From Eledone cirrhosa (taxonomy: Eukaryota): a stretch of DNA of 64,000 bases. The notes beneath the pieces were generated by a model that had not been told where the DNA came from, searched no databases, and saw nothing but the letters and a program-made list of their open reading frames with translations. Below are positions 1 through 13,669 of this stretch, piece after piece. Each line of letters opens with the position of its first letter. Position 1 is the stretch's first letter. Position numbers and translations under genes: made by a program. The DNA is taken from contig OZ024741.1 of assembly GCA_964016885.1 (NCBI GenBank), positions 66,650,001 through 66,714,000 of the forward strand, in the 5' to 3' direction.

Positions 1-895
1 ACTAGCGATTCTATTAGATACCCCTTTAATGATTGAGATCAATACAGATTTAGGGTGGTTAGAGTTGGTATTAACATAGAAGAGTTTTTCATTAGGTTTA
101 TGATAAGGTGTATATTTTTTCGAGTCTAAGCAGAGAGTAACGTACAGGAAGTTAACATTTTTGGTATTTTTATCTAAAGAGATACCTAAGTTGTTGTTTT
201 TAAATATTTTATGTAATTGTTTTCTAGTTCTTTCTATATTGAATTTTTTAAAGTCTAAGAGGAAAAGTGCGTCGTCTCGATAGAGACCACCGTTAAGGTA
301 AGGTAGGTTCTTATGTATTTCGTTTAAGAGAAATAGGCCAACTAAGTCGGTTACCTGTGCCGAGTCGCTAGATCCCATGGTCATATCGAAGTTGTTGGGT
401 GTATTCTTGCGGGTCCATATTTGGTCTTCAAATTTAATTATTGTTTTCCTGGCCGCAAGGATTATATCTACCTGGGATCTAGTGAGTTCACTATTGTTCA
501 TGGCCATTATTAATGTTTAATTTAAAAGGATATGTGAAATAGAGGTGTAGTAGGAGTTTATATCGAATTGGATGAATTTCTTATTATTATTTTCATTAAT
601 ACCATTAAATCAATCGATTACTTCCCTAGTATTTCCCCAGAGGTTAAAATGGATTTTTTGTTTAATTTGGGGGATTACTTTATCTAAAAATTTTTTACTA
701 ATAATACCAATGTCGGATCTGGATTGGCAAATAAGTCTAATTGAGGGGTTAGTATTGAAGTCATCCTTATGGAAGAAACAATTGTCAGCAAATAAATGTT
801 CTAAACTAAAATTTGATCGTTTTAACACTTTGTATCTCAGCTCTGTAAAATACTTGAAAAGTTGCATTGAGCCTTTTGTCATACCGGTAACTTGT
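1..895 (-). mobile_element. Penelope-like element (Naiad/Chlamys-type) reverse transcriptase fragment, disrupted
   Basis: Minus-strand translation gives RLI..SDIGIISK, FIQFDI, NFDMTMGSSDSAQVTDLVGL and GGLYRDDAL (approx. 266-292), the Naiad-type RT motifs; contains stops/frameshifts and runs off the window start. Confidence 0.85.
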
Positions 896-950
896 TCTAC
901 CCGCCATATTTATAGTTGTATTAAACATATATAAATATAAATATCCTTAT

Positions 951-952
<2 letters not shown>

Positions 953-1041
<89 letters not shown>
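953..1041. repeat. (TA)n microsatellite, representative of dozens in the window
   Basis: Direct reading. Confidence 0.99.
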
Positions 1042-1046
<5 letters not shown>

Positions 1047-2047
1047 CATAAAAGATTTACACATTAACACACACATACACGTTCATACATAATCATATAC
1101 ACACACATGCACACACATACACGCGCGCACGTGTTCGTCTTATCTATTCTCTCTCTCCGCCCCCTCTATCCCCCCTCTCTCTCTTTTTATATGTATATAT
1201 AAATACACAAACACATATATATGAGTGTGTGAATGTGTCTGTTTATGTATATGTCAGCCTAAAATACGGTTTGAATTGTTGCAATTGACGTCACTTAAGC
1301 CGTTAATGTTATCGATAAAATACTTACATATGTTGACCTAGGATCCCACACTTGTAGTAGAAAAAGTAAAAATGTATAGAAAAAAGTACAGGGCTTTTAA
1401 CATTTGATGACGTCTTACATACGGTGTGTCGTAGTCATTTAAAACCTGGTGGAGCCCATCAATCTCCAGGTCGAAGCTCTGCCGATTTCTTCTAGAAAAA
1501 AAGAAGAGAGAGAGAGGGGGTGAGAGAGAGAGAGGGACGGGCGAGAGGGAGAGGGAGAGGAGGCGAGAAAGAGAGAGAGGGAGAGAGAGAGAGAGAGGTG
1601 TGAGATAAAGAGAGAAAAAGAAAGACTACTAAAATGCAAGGGATTACTGAGAATGGGAAAGGACAAGACAGAGAGAGCATAATTCAAATAGAGAGATGAC
1701 GATTGATCTTGCTTTTGAATTTTTGCAAATTTTAGTAGTTAGGAAAGCAAGAACGAATTAGAACAACAGATGAAGAATCGGCCCCAGTACTGGACTGGTA
1801 CTTTATTTATCGACCTCTAAAAGATGAAAGGGAAAGTTGACATCGGGAGGATTTCAACTCATAGCACAGTGAATCTGAACAAATACCAACGTATTTTAAT
1901 CTGACATCCTAATGAAGAACTATAGCGATAACATCGGACTCTAGTACTCTATGCATGTAGGGTTCTGTAACTCCTGTTGGAATCATAGGGGTGCCGTATT
2001 TACATACATCGTTTCTAGGGCATTTTAAAACCAGGCGAAGCCCATCT

Positions 2048-2240
2048 CAGACCTGTCAACTCTTCCCGCTCGACAGGTGAATATTCTACCCACTTTGGGG
2101 TCGGTGAGGATGTTTTCTCTTGTGAAAATCGGTATAGGTTTCATTATATAATATATCCCATTTTACCTCACTTCTCCCCGTTTTGGGGCCCTTTTTTTCA
2201 TGGTACTCCTCGTTTGGGTTTTTAGAGGTCGACAGGTCTG
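2048..2240 (+). mobile_element. Non-autonomous DNA transposon (MITE) with 6-bp TSD
   Basis: TIRs CAGACCTGTCAAC / GTCGACAGGTCTG; CCATCT duplicated at 2042-2047 and 2241-2246; the uninterrupted host repeat is seen near 17075-17130. Confidence 0.85.
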
Positions 2241-2986
2241 CCATCTTCTTTCCAGGTCTGAATACAGCAGATTTCTTCCAGAGAAGGATATAGAGAGAGT
2301 CGAAGAATGGAAGTGAGGGAGAGATATAGAGAAAGAATCGACCTCAGTATTGGACTGGTACTTGTTTATTTCACAGAGATTGATAGTAAAATCGATTTCA
2401 GTAAGAATTACATCCAGAACATAGAGAGTATGAGTAAATACTATTTGGCATTTAATCCGATGCTCGACTGTTTTTGGCCAGGATATCTTGATCGTAATAT
2501 AAATGAAAAAAAAAAAAAAATAATAATATAAAAATCACAAACCAAATAGGTAAACAAAAACGAAATAAATAGTTCATCAATCAACTAGAGCTACAGACAG
2601 ACATTGAAATAGAATAGGGCAAAAACACCGAACAAGTTAAATACAGCCAAATACACACATACACACACTCAACGGTACATGTACAAATACACACATATAC
2701 ATACTCAACGGTACATGTACAAACACACAAATACACACACACAACGGTACATGCACAAACACACACATACACACTGTGTCTAGCTACACAAACTACACAT
2801 TATACATTCATATATACACACGCTACATTCAGTGTAAAGAGACCAGCACACATAAACACACACATAGTATTAGAAGAACACCATACACAAACACACACAT
2901 AGTGTACGGAGAACGCTACACACAAACACACACATAGTGTAAGACAATTACCACGCAGAAACACACACATAGTGTAAGGAGAACGC

Positions 2987-3019
<33 letters not shown>

Positions 3020-3093
3020 GCAATCAACCAATCAGTGGGTTAACAAAACAAAACAGTTCTATTTCCCTTTAGCTTCACACACACGCACGCATA

Positions 3094-3125
<32 letters not shown>

Positions 3126-3746
3126 TACTCCATCTTTCACACACTCACACACGCACAAACAAACATCCACATACACTCATTCTCTTAAACATACACACAC
3201 ACAGACCAACTCCTGCCCACATTTCTCTCTCACACTCACACATTCATACATAGATACACACATAAACACACTCTTACAAACTCTACCTCACGCCCATTAT
3301 CTCTCGTTCTCTTCCACACATACACTCAAACACAAACACACCCCACAAACATCAACTCACACACATACACATACACCCGTCCCACACACACCCACACACA
3401 CTACTTCATGTCCATCATATCTATTTTTTATCTCTCTCTGCCACACATACACTCACACACACTTACACACACATACACAAACTTACACAGACACACACAC
3501 ACTTACAAACACACATACACACACATAAATACAAAATCCACCTCAAACATCAGAACACATATCACCACTCCGCCCCCACACAATATCATCTAAAAAATAA
3601 ACAACCTTCAACTAATTTGTGCCAAAATATTTCAGCCATTTCTAATCAGTTTTCTTTACACCATAACCCAATATATTGTCGTAAATAATTACATATAAAG
3701 GGTAAGGAATAAATCATGCAATTGAATTGACTGCTGTCGTTCATGG

Positions 3747-3941
3747 CAGACCAACCAACCTCTAAAAACCAAAACAGGAAGTAGTATGAAAGAAAGTGCC
3801 CCAAAACGGGGAGAAATGAGGCAAGATGGGAAGATTTTACATAATGAAAGCTATACCGATTTTCTCAACAGAAGACATCTCTTACTCACTCCAAAGTGGG
3901 TGGGAGATCTCCCCGTCCGACGGGGAAAGTTGACAGATATG
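3747..3941 (-). mobile_element. Second, inverted copy of the 6-bp-TSD MITE
   Basis: Reverse-complement similarity to 2048-2240; TCATGG duplicated at 3741-3746 and 3942-3947. Confidence 0.8.
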
Positions 3942-4182
3942 TCATGGTAAAGAGCAATGACTCTTAACTCCTTAACTCTCGTTGCTTACGGCAAGTTAAT
4001 TTCTTATTGTTGACTAGCTTCAGCTCAACCCAACTATATTGAGAGGCGTTCAAGCCATGATATTCTGTCTGTTGTAAATCAAGGACTACATTCTCAAAAG
4101 CGCTTCTCTATTTCTAAAGACATTCAGGAGTGATTTGATGAAGATTTGGATGGTATATCTAACAGATAAGACCACGTAGCGA

Positions 4183-4710
4183 CTTCATCCAGCATAAATA
4201 TACACTCCGGAGCTGTGTCTTCCAGTAAAGAATACATTTTGATATATTTTAATTAGAACACAATACCACATTTAGGCGACTGTCTATGCATCGGTGTTTC
4301 GCTGAAGTTCAGTCTCCGCATCTGTGAACAACACAAATGCCGCTGTGGATCCACGGCAGACGCTTTCTACTATATGCCGCTCTCAACGAGATCATTAAAC
4401 ATGGCTTGGACGCCATTGGCTCCCCTTCGTAGCTTAAACCGATGGGGGTTGAACTGAGGTGATAGTAAGAAGCCAGATAGCATCACAATCTTTCTATTTG
4501 GCTGTGGTAAGCCACTCATGCTAGATATAGCGACACTTTCTCTAACTGCAAACCGGTGTATTCGGGATAACCCCAGGTTTCTTTGCACAACAAGCTGAAG
4601 ATTGCAATCAGATGGATTCGTTGTTGAACTTTGTAGAAGTAGGAATGGCTATTTCAACATGTCTCCCTCGCTATCCTCCGAAATAGTGTTTTCTCCATTG
4701 TGGGTCTACG
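4183..4710 (+). mobile_element. CRE-type non-LTR retrotransposon RLE domain remnant
   Basis: Frameshifted translation HSGA..., ICEQHKCRCG, AALNEIIKHGL, GDSKKPDSITIF, WLFQHVSLAILRNS resembles the CRE-clade C-terminus (ALNDII..DGKRPDG..LFQRLSIAIQRGN). Confidence 0.65.
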
Positions 4711-5083
4711 AAGCAGCTTGTGCCCTGGGTTCTGCACTGTTCGAACTCGTGTCATTAGGGCAATTATAGAAGTAGGTGCATTGCTAGTTATATTCTCACG
4801 CAATCTGTTACCTGTTCTCGCCAAATAACTAAACTAAGATATAGAGTGAAATATAATGTAGAAACATTAAAATAGAATAAATAAATTCAACAAAGCGACT
4901 GCTGCACAAAAACAACGAAAGGTTCCGATCCCAATAATTTACATATACTTGTTTCCGCGAAGTCAGCAAATTGACAGAATCGTTAGAACGTCGGATAGAA
5001 TGCTTGCAGTATTTCTTGTTTCTTTGCCCTTTTTCGCCTTAGGAATGAAATTGACGGATGAGGTATTACACACACACACACAC

Positions 5084-5176
<93 letters not shown>

Positions 5177-5458
5177 CATATATATATATAAAGAGAGGGG
5201 AGAAAGGAAAAATGCAAGCACTAATCGTTATCGGGAAAACTGACAAGTTCAGAAACTATCATGCTCAACAAACACTGACCATTTTCTAGGCTGCGTCTGA
5301 CGCAATTAAAATCAATGTTGCTCTCAGTTGAATTTTAACGAAGAATGTTAAGGACCGCCAGACATTTTGTTTGCTACTCTAACAATCTTGCCAACCACTA
5401 TTATCATTCCCTTTCTGACTTAAACATATATAAAAAAGCAGCAACTATTCTCTTATAT

Positions 5459-7292
5459 CAGGGTTTCCGATATCGCCGACCGGTGAGCGATTTCATCTGT
5501 TGAGTGGGCGATGAGCGACTGAATAGAAAATGGTGGGTAATTGGAAATTTTTTTGATCCATATAGGGTTTTGTGTATTAAGAAAGTATTTCAAAATATGT
5601 TACCCGAAAAAATATTAAAGGACATATACAAAGAGCTTGTATATATAAACAAAGGAGCCTGAACGGGAACAATTGGGCCACATTTCAAGATAACATATAA
5701 GCAACCACACAAACAATGTTGATAAAATGGGAGGTATAAGTACAATATATTTTGTACAATATATATGAGGCTACCGAATAGTCCCCCCCCCCACATGCAT
5801 ACATACATACATACACACACACACACATATATATATAAATATATATATAACCAAAATTAAATTGAAGGAGTCATGTCTGAGAATATCAGAAACATGCACC
5901 ATACCACCCGTAGAATATGCTCAAAGATTCTAAGGGATAAATCCGAGCATTTATTAGCATTACATTAACTTTACACTCTTTACAAATTATACCCTGTAAT
6001 TGTTTGATGCGTTTATTTTATAGATATATATATGTCAATCTACTTTTAATTTAATGCTATATATATATATATATGTGTGTAGAGTTCAGTCCCAAAAAAG
6101 GAAAAATAGATTTCTTTTAGTTCTTCCTTTTGCAAAGCTAGAAGAAAAAGTTAGAATGAATGTAGATGTATAATAATTTTTATGTGGGTGGGGTTGGCCA
6201 GTTTAGTAGTGCCCCGGTCTTCCATTGGTCTAAATTCGGCCCTGTTACGTATATATATTCATTACGTATATATATTATCAGTTATATCAGAGGTTCTCAA
6301 AGTGGGCGCTACCGCTACCAGGGGGCACTGAGAAGGCCAAGGGCGGCACTGGGGTCTAAGGGGCGGTAGAGATGATATAGTATATTAAGTATCAAATGGT
6401 ACATATTATATATAAATATAGTAAAATAAAAAATATATAATATTTATTTATACATAGTATATATTATATTATTTATTATATATAATATTTATTTATACAT
6501 AGTATATATCACATTATTCATTATATATAAATTCACGATTTTATTTATTATATATAATATACAATTTGGGTGTTGTCAGGTCTGTCTGGAAATAGGGCTG
6601 GGGAGCGCTGAGGGTATTACGTGGCCGTGAGGGGTGGCCCAAAATGTTTGAGAACCTCTAAGCTAGATGGTGTGTTATTGAATTAGTAAATTCTTACAAT
6701 TACATCCGTCTCTCGTGGGAAATGAAATCAAAATTTTCCATTGTTTTCTTTTTGTTTTCAACGAATTTGGTTTCATGTCGGAAGTAATGATAAAATATGA
6801 GGTGTAAGATCACGTAAAATATATATGAGATCTCCGAATAGTCCCGTGCACACACACACACACACACACAAACACGCCCCCCCCCCCCACACTACAAATA
6901 CATATAATTATTTATGTATAATATGAAAATGAATAAATAATCGTAAAATTGGTCTTTGATAATTGATACAATAACCGAACCAATATATATTTAAGCAAAT
7001 CCATACGTAGGTATGAAGCATGTAAGATTATAAAGAATTCAAAGATAAATGTTTGTAATATCACTTTAAAAGAAAAGTTTTAAAAATAGAAGTGTCAATG
7101 TGGTTGAGTGGTCCGACTATCGGTTACATAAGTGTTAATTTTTAATGACAGTGTAAAGAGTTATATCCAAAAGAAGCAGAAGAATTTATGCATTTCGAAT
7201 TTATTCTTTTAAATATTTATCATAAAGTTGGGCGGTGGAAAATTTTTCCATGTGAAAATTGGCGATGACGCAAAAACGGTTGGGAACCCCTG
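5459..7292 (+). mobile_element. Non-autonomous hAT (Charlie-like) element
   Basis: Termini CAGGGTTTCCGA / TTGGGAACCCCTG; 8-bp TSD TCTTATAT / TCTTATAA. Confidence 0.7.
6288..6660 (+). mobile_element. hAT MITE nested in 5459-7292
   Basis: TIRs CAGAGGTTCTCAAA / TTTGAGAACCTCTA; degenerate TSD AGTTATAT / AGCTAGAT. Confidence 0.75.
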
Positions 7293-8324
7293 TCTTATAA
7301 GAACTGTTGATACTGCTTTTGTTGTTGTTTAACTCCAGGCTAATCCCAATAGTACATTTATAGCAAAGACTATAATTTCTCAGCTACCTTCACCGTTGTC
7401 CATTGTCTTGAATATTGATTTCCTATTCTAAGACTAGAACACACATTTTTGCTAAAATTTATAATCAATGCCTATTATTTCTTTCTTTATTTCTGTTCAG
7501 CGTTGTCTTGCTCATTGTTCTATGACTGGAAGAATTTTTGTAGCATATTAACGTTTCTACGAGAAGAGGTTCCTAGCGCCTCGCTCAATCCACTTCCAAT
7601 TCATGAGAAAGGGACGATGAGAGTCCCACGATACTTCTCACAGTGTGATGCAACCGATTCAATGAAAGAATGAGAGAGAGTGAGGGAATGAAAGATAAAG
7701 ATAGATAGGGGGTAGGAATTGAGAAAATGAGAACGAGAGATAAAGAAAAATCGACTCCAGTATTTGGCTAATATTTTATCAACTCCGAAAAGAAGAAAAG
7801 CAAAGTTGATCTCGGAGGGATTGAACACAGATTAGTATTTTATCATTGATTTAGTTGACTTTACATCAATACATGATCTCAGCAATAGAAGGTTAAGTTT
7901 ACATCTGCGAGCTTTGAATACAAAGTGTGAATGATCGATATATACAGTGTGAAAATATACCTTTTCTGCGACATTGCCACCTTGTATTGATTCCTAATAT
8001 TGACACAAGGCTACAAATTGTGGAGAAGGAGGAACAGTTGATTATATCGGCCCTAGAACTTGACAGAAACTTTATTTTATTGAGCATGAAATAATAATTT
8101 ATAATTTTGGCAAAAGGCTAGGAAATTTGGAGGAAAGGGAAAGTCGATTATATCGATTCCCGCACTCGACTCCAATATTTGATTAGTACTTTATTTTATC
8201 GGCCCTGAAAGAATGAAAGGTAAAGTTGACCTCTCCAGAATTTAATCTCTCAAAACAAATGTTGCAAAGCCTTTTTTTCCCCAATGTTCTAATGTTTCTA
8301 CCAATCCACCACCTCTGTGTGGAA

Positions 8325-8490
8325 CAGTGCTTCCCAAAGTGGGTTCCACAAAGGAGTGTCTGAGGTTCTGTAAAAAAGGTAGAGGAGTATATTTATATTA
8401 CGACCATATAACAGTATTAGACTTTGGGGTTCCCCTAAACGTTTCTGAGCCAAAAAGACTTCCGCATTTGAAAAGGTTTGGGAAACCCTG
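8325..8490 (+). mobile_element. hAT MITE
   Basis: TIRs CAGTGCTTCCCAAA / TTTGGGAAACCCTG; weak TSD GTGTGGAA / GTGTAGAG. Confidence 0.65.
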
Positions 8491-8855
8491 GTGTAGAGTA
8501 TGGAATAGTAAAAGAGAACGGTTACACTGCTGTGATTTGAACTCAGAACTTAATGGCGTGTACCTAAATACCACGAGAGATTTTGTCCGACACTTTACTG
8601 ATTGTGTCAGTCCCCGTTTTCTCAATCATCTAATATTATCGACCATACGATTGTACTGAATATTGTAACTTGCACTTAACTATACGTTCTTCATATAGGT
8701 GGCGAATTGTCAGAGTCTTTGAAAAGGGTATGTATTACTAATAAGTGTTTTTAAGGCGGTACCTGGTCTTTCCACTATCTTAATATTTAGTTTAAGTTTA
8801 TCTAGGGCCCTTCGACATTTGTAAGCTAGTTCACCTCTAGGGGTTTAGAAATTTA

Positions 8856-9300
8856 GAAGGGCCCTAGATAAACTTAAACTAAATATTAAGATAGTGGAAA
8901 GACCAGGTACCTCCATAAAACACTTATTAGTAATACATACCCTTTTCAAAGACCTCCCTGTATAGATAAGAAATGCATAATCTGTAAACTAAGCCCCCAT
9001 ATTAACTGTAAAACTAGAAACATAGTATATAGCATAAGATGTACTGAGGGACAATGTAAAGATAAGAATATAATGTACATAGGTGAGACAGCTCGTAGCA
9101 TAGGAGAACGATTAAATGAACTTCAAGATAGAAAAGTTTCATCAGTACTCCACCAACATGCTAAAATAGAACATAAGGGCAAATTAGAGAACATAAAAAT
9201 AAAAATAGAATCTACACACAGAAAAGACCCAATGTTTAGACAAATCACAGAGGCAATAAACATAAATGAACTCCAACCAAAATTAAATAGAAAACATTAA
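8856..9300 (+). pseudogene. GIY-YIG endonuclease C-terminus of a Penelope-like ORF
   Basis: KIVERPG, CIIC..NCKTRNIVYSIRC, YIGETARSIGER, RQITEAINI..LNRK; frameshift near 8935. Confidence 0.85.
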
Positions 9301-9529
9301 TGGAATAGCAACATCTCAACTTACAATTAAAGACAAAAATGAAAATACACACACACATAGAACAAACAACTAACTAGTAACATGTAAATAAACAAATAAA
9401 TAAACAAATAAAAACACACACAGACACCCGAATGTAACGCATGCGCAAACTAAGCACACAACGCACACAAAAACAAGATGGCGTAGGACAGAACAAAGGA
9501 GAGGCACAAAAAGAAGAAAAGAATCCCCA

Positions 9530-9572
9530 GTCACTGATGAGGTCACAGAATGTGTGACGAAAGAACTTTGAC
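9530..9572 (+). ncRNA. Minimal type I hammerhead ribozyme, family A
   Basis: GUCA-CUGAUGA-G-GUCACA/UGUGAC-GAAA-GAACU-U-UGAC; further copies at 10128-10172(-), 10304-10348(+), 48341-48384(+); degenerate copies near 33706-33750(-) and 39050-39095(-). Confidence 0.8.
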
Positions 9573-9783
9573 AATATATGAACAACCATCCGGTTGTGGA
9601 ACCAACCAACCAACCGGAAATTTATAATAAATTGAAGTGAAAGCAACTGGTGCACATGTTTCTTATTGGCAACATGACCCTGCCAAAGTATAACAATATC
9701 GGTTTCAACACACATTTTCAGATAAAGAATCTTGCTAAACAAATTCAGAAACGATATATATATATAAATATATATATATATAT

Positions 9784-9839
<56 letters not shown>

Positions 9840-9855
9840 TATATATTATATATAT

Positions 9856-9887
<32 letters not shown>

Positions 9888-10512
9888 TATATATTATATA
9901 TATATTTCGTTTCTGAATTTGTTTAGCAAGATTCTTTATCTGAAATCGTGTGTTGAAACCGATATTGTTATACTTTGGGAGGGTCATGTTGCCAATAAGA
10001 AACACACGCACCAGTTGCTTTCACTTCAATTTATTATATATTTATAAATTTATAAATTTACAAATCTACAAACTTATAAATTTCTGGTTGGTTGGTTGGT
10101 TCCACAACCAGATAGTTGTTTATATATAGTCATAGTCCTTTCGTCACACACTCTGTGACCTCTTCAGTGACTGGGGATTCCTTTCTTTATTTCTGTGCCT
10201 TTCCTTTCTTCTGTCCTACGCCATTTTGTTTCTGTGTGTCACAGAAACAAAATGGCGTAGGACAGAAGAAAGGAAAGGCACAGAAACAAAGAAAGGAATC
10301 CCCAGTCACTGAAGAGGTCACAGAGTGTGTGACGAAAGGACTATGACTATATATAAACAACTATCTGGTTGTGGAACCAACCAACCAACCAGAAATTTAT
10401 AAGTTTGTAGAATTGTAAATTTATAAATTTATAAATATATAATAAATTGAAGTGAAAGCAACTGGTGCGTGTGTTTCTTATTGGCAACATGACCCTCCCA
10501 AAGTGTAACAAT

Positions 10513-10544
<32 letters not shown>

Positions 10545-11485
10545 TATATGTATATATATATATATATAAATATATATATCTGTGTGTGTGTGTGCGTGCG
10601 TGTGTGTGTGTCTATGTGTGTCTGTGACTGTGTGAATGTATGTATGCATTTGACTTGGTGCACATATATTATCGCCATTTCTTAACTTGTACAGCCAGTC
10701 ATTAAGGTGCCACTCTTGTGTGTGTGAAAGTTCGATATATATAAATCTTTCGTAAATTACTGTAAATTCTTCAATGACGTGAAATAGTTCATCATCCCCA
10801 AAACATATATCTGAAATAAGAAATCATAGTTATTTCCTAAATGGCATCTCAAAAATAAGTATTACCTTGCTAATCACATCAACCTTTTCGTACTGGATTG
10901 AATGTAAAGGAACGGGTAATGGAAATATATCGACTATTGTCCCGCATGCGAGGCAATTTGGAAGTCAACTGTCAGCAACCTACGCTGGAAAAAGAAAAAC
11001 TGTTTGACGATTGTCTTGAATTGGGAACATGAAAGTCTGAGTAATGGGATGCTATAAACTGAAAGCGTAATTAATATATTAAATACTTATTCGACATAGA
11101 ATTTGTAAGCAGTGTAAATTCAACGAAATGATGAAAGCTAGGATATATTGATTAAAATGATTTTATTGTATAATAATCACAGTTGGAGAAAATAAATTCA
11201 GTATAGGCGATATATTAATTGGGCATTTATATGAGTATATAGTAAACGTGTGTACATGTGAATGACTCTGTAGAAGACATGTTTCTCAAATGCAATTACC
11301 TGGACGATATTACTATCCCAATACTGTGTGCATTGTATAAAAGAAAGCTGGAAAGTAATGTAATATTGCCCTCATAGAAAGTTATGGTAGTTCAGTCGAT
11401 GCATCTCGACAATCGTTTATTGGTTCAGAAGAATTAACTTAATGAATTCAGCCGTATATATAATCCATTGGTACGAATTAATTCG

Positions 11486-11525
<40 letters not shown>

Positions 11526-11526
<1 letters not shown>

Positions 11527-11693
11527 CGAAGGTGTGGTAAGGAACCAGAAGGACCATAACGCACCAGAGTACTCAATAATTAGGGTAGTAGAGTGGGTAA
11601 TAGGAAAATGTTTAACCCCGACGGCAGAGCTCAAGCCGTTTCCAGAAATACCGTTGAGTCGGCTTGAGCTCTACCGTCGGGGTTAAACATTTT

Positions 11694-11697
<4 letters not shown>
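11526..11697. mobile_element. Fold-back copy of a short (TA)n-inserted element carrying the 3' half of an HHR (family H)
   Basis: Internal inverted repeat CCCCGACGGCAGAGCTCAAGCCG / CGGCTTGAGCTCTACCGTCGGGG; copies at 27077-27190, 38575-38716, 52249-52617, 56870-57010, 60413-60628. Confidence 0.8.
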
Positions 11698-11734
<37 letters not shown>

Positions 11735-11881
11735 GTTAAAATACAGGAGCGTGTTGGAGTAAAACACCCTCTTCGTATTATAGAAATGACAGTAAAAGGT
11801 ATAGCTCAATGTAATTAAACAGAGCCGAAGAATTATGAAAGTAAAACAAAGAAGCCTTCAATACATCAAAAGTCTTTATTA

Positions 11882-11919
11882 GCCAACAATGTTTCGTCCT
11901 ATTAAGGACTCATCAGGGC
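11882..11919 (-). ncRNA. Canonical minimal type I hammerhead (Naiad pLTR)
   Basis: GCC-CUGAUGA-GUCC-UUAAUA-GGAC-GAAAC-AUU-GUU-GGC, followed by AAUAAA. Confidence 0.9.
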
Positions 11920-13669
11920 AAATAAAACAAGAAGTATTATCGGCCAATACAAGCCAGAAACTCCGAAGAATATGGAGTGTACATACACTAAAGTATTGCA
12001 AGATTATGGGTAAAAATATATAATAAAAATCACTAAGGAGGTGTATAACATTTAGAACCATATTACAAATATAGTCCAAAGCAAAAAAACCCTAGAGCTA
12101 AACAAAGGTGGTTATATAGAGCAGGTATTATATATAATACAATATAATATAACATAATATACCTTTACCAATATTAAAATTACAATAAAAATCAAAAAGT
12201 ACAATATACATATGTATATATGTACGCACACGTACGCACATATACACATACATCAATACACATATCCATCTTCAACAGCACAAATTAAACCTTATTAAGA
12301 GTTTAAATATAAATAAGCATGATAGGAATAAAAATAATAATAATAATAATAATACATATACCCAATATACATGAGGTAATAATATGATATTATTATAAGT
12401 AGCACATATAATATATAATAAGCTATACAATTATATACTATATAATATGATATAATAGAATAGATAGTCTCCGGTTAATTTACACAAACAATATAGATGT
12501 CACAATAATACTATAATAATAATATAATATAATAACATATATAATATACAATATATAATGGCATTCAAGTTAACAAATCAATTCATATAGAGTTACAGAG
12601 TAGGTGAGGAAAATAAATTGTACAATACCCAAAATTATGATGGTACAAAAATATAAACATGTTACATGGTATATAAAGTTTAACATATCACATTGTTACA
12701 TATAATCAAAAGTAAGTAATAAGGATCGATGGTCCAATAACAAATACAATATAAAATAATTAGCATAATATAATATATAATTACTTATAATTACAAGGTT
12801 GGTAAACAGACATATATGTGGATGAGTGAGTAAGGGCCAGACAGTAAATATAAAGCACAGTAGTATTACAAATAAAATAAAATAAAATAAAATAAAATAA
12901 ATAAATAGATAGAATCAACCGGAAATTAAAAAACAAAAACAAAAGTATACATTTAGGTCTCACATGCCGTTAAGTAAAAACTTAGGAAATAACCCCGGTA
13001 AATGACTCGAAAACCCTATTTGATAAATTAATATTAAAAAATACTTAAAATATCCAATAAGGCAATACAACATTAGCTATGGTTTAAGTAATCAAAGTTT
13101 ATAAACGTTAATATTTCATTACAAATATTTACAAAAAGGAATGAAATTTTCTACTATCATATACATAACGATATCTAAAAAACTGACTTAAGCAGAATTA
13201 TGGTAGGCTAATAGGGACAGAAATAAAGAAATATATGGAGGATACAAAGGGGCATAAAATCATAGTCCATATACTATATTAAATAATAGAAAGGAGCGTA
13301 AAAGAGGGGGGGGGGGATTAAATATAATCATAATCAATTTGGAGGGGTTGACAATAAGTTTATGTGCGCATGGGGGGGGGGGGTTATCCAAAGAAGAATC
13401 CAAATAAAAATAAAATAAAATAAAATAAAATGAAAATAAAATAAAATAATGTAAAATATATAATCAGATATATACTCATAAGGTGTTAATAGTGAAAATT
13501 TAATGCGTAAGAAGATAGATATGGTATAGTAGCCAAAAGATTATGAGAACTAGAATAAAGAGTTGTCAGAAACCAATGATAATAATGATGATAATAATGG
13601 TGGTAAACAAAAAAACAAAAAGAATCTAAACTAAAAAATAAGTAATGGAATATATCAGCTAATGGATAC

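Larger units (their letters stand above)
8714..10515 (+). mobile_element. 5'-truncated Penelope-like element: 5' inversion, GIY-YIG end and three pLTR copies in alternating orientation (HHR family A)
   Basis: 8714-8813 is the reverse complement of 8856-8953; GIY-YIG coding to 9300; pLTR forward ~9470-9755, reverse ~9905-10236, forward 10240-10515. Confidence 0.85.

Noticed and set aside
10700-11450. Possible small exons (55-nt GT-AG intron on minus; 52-aa frame on plus)
   Set aside because: In-frame stops next to the putative splice sites and no recognisable homology
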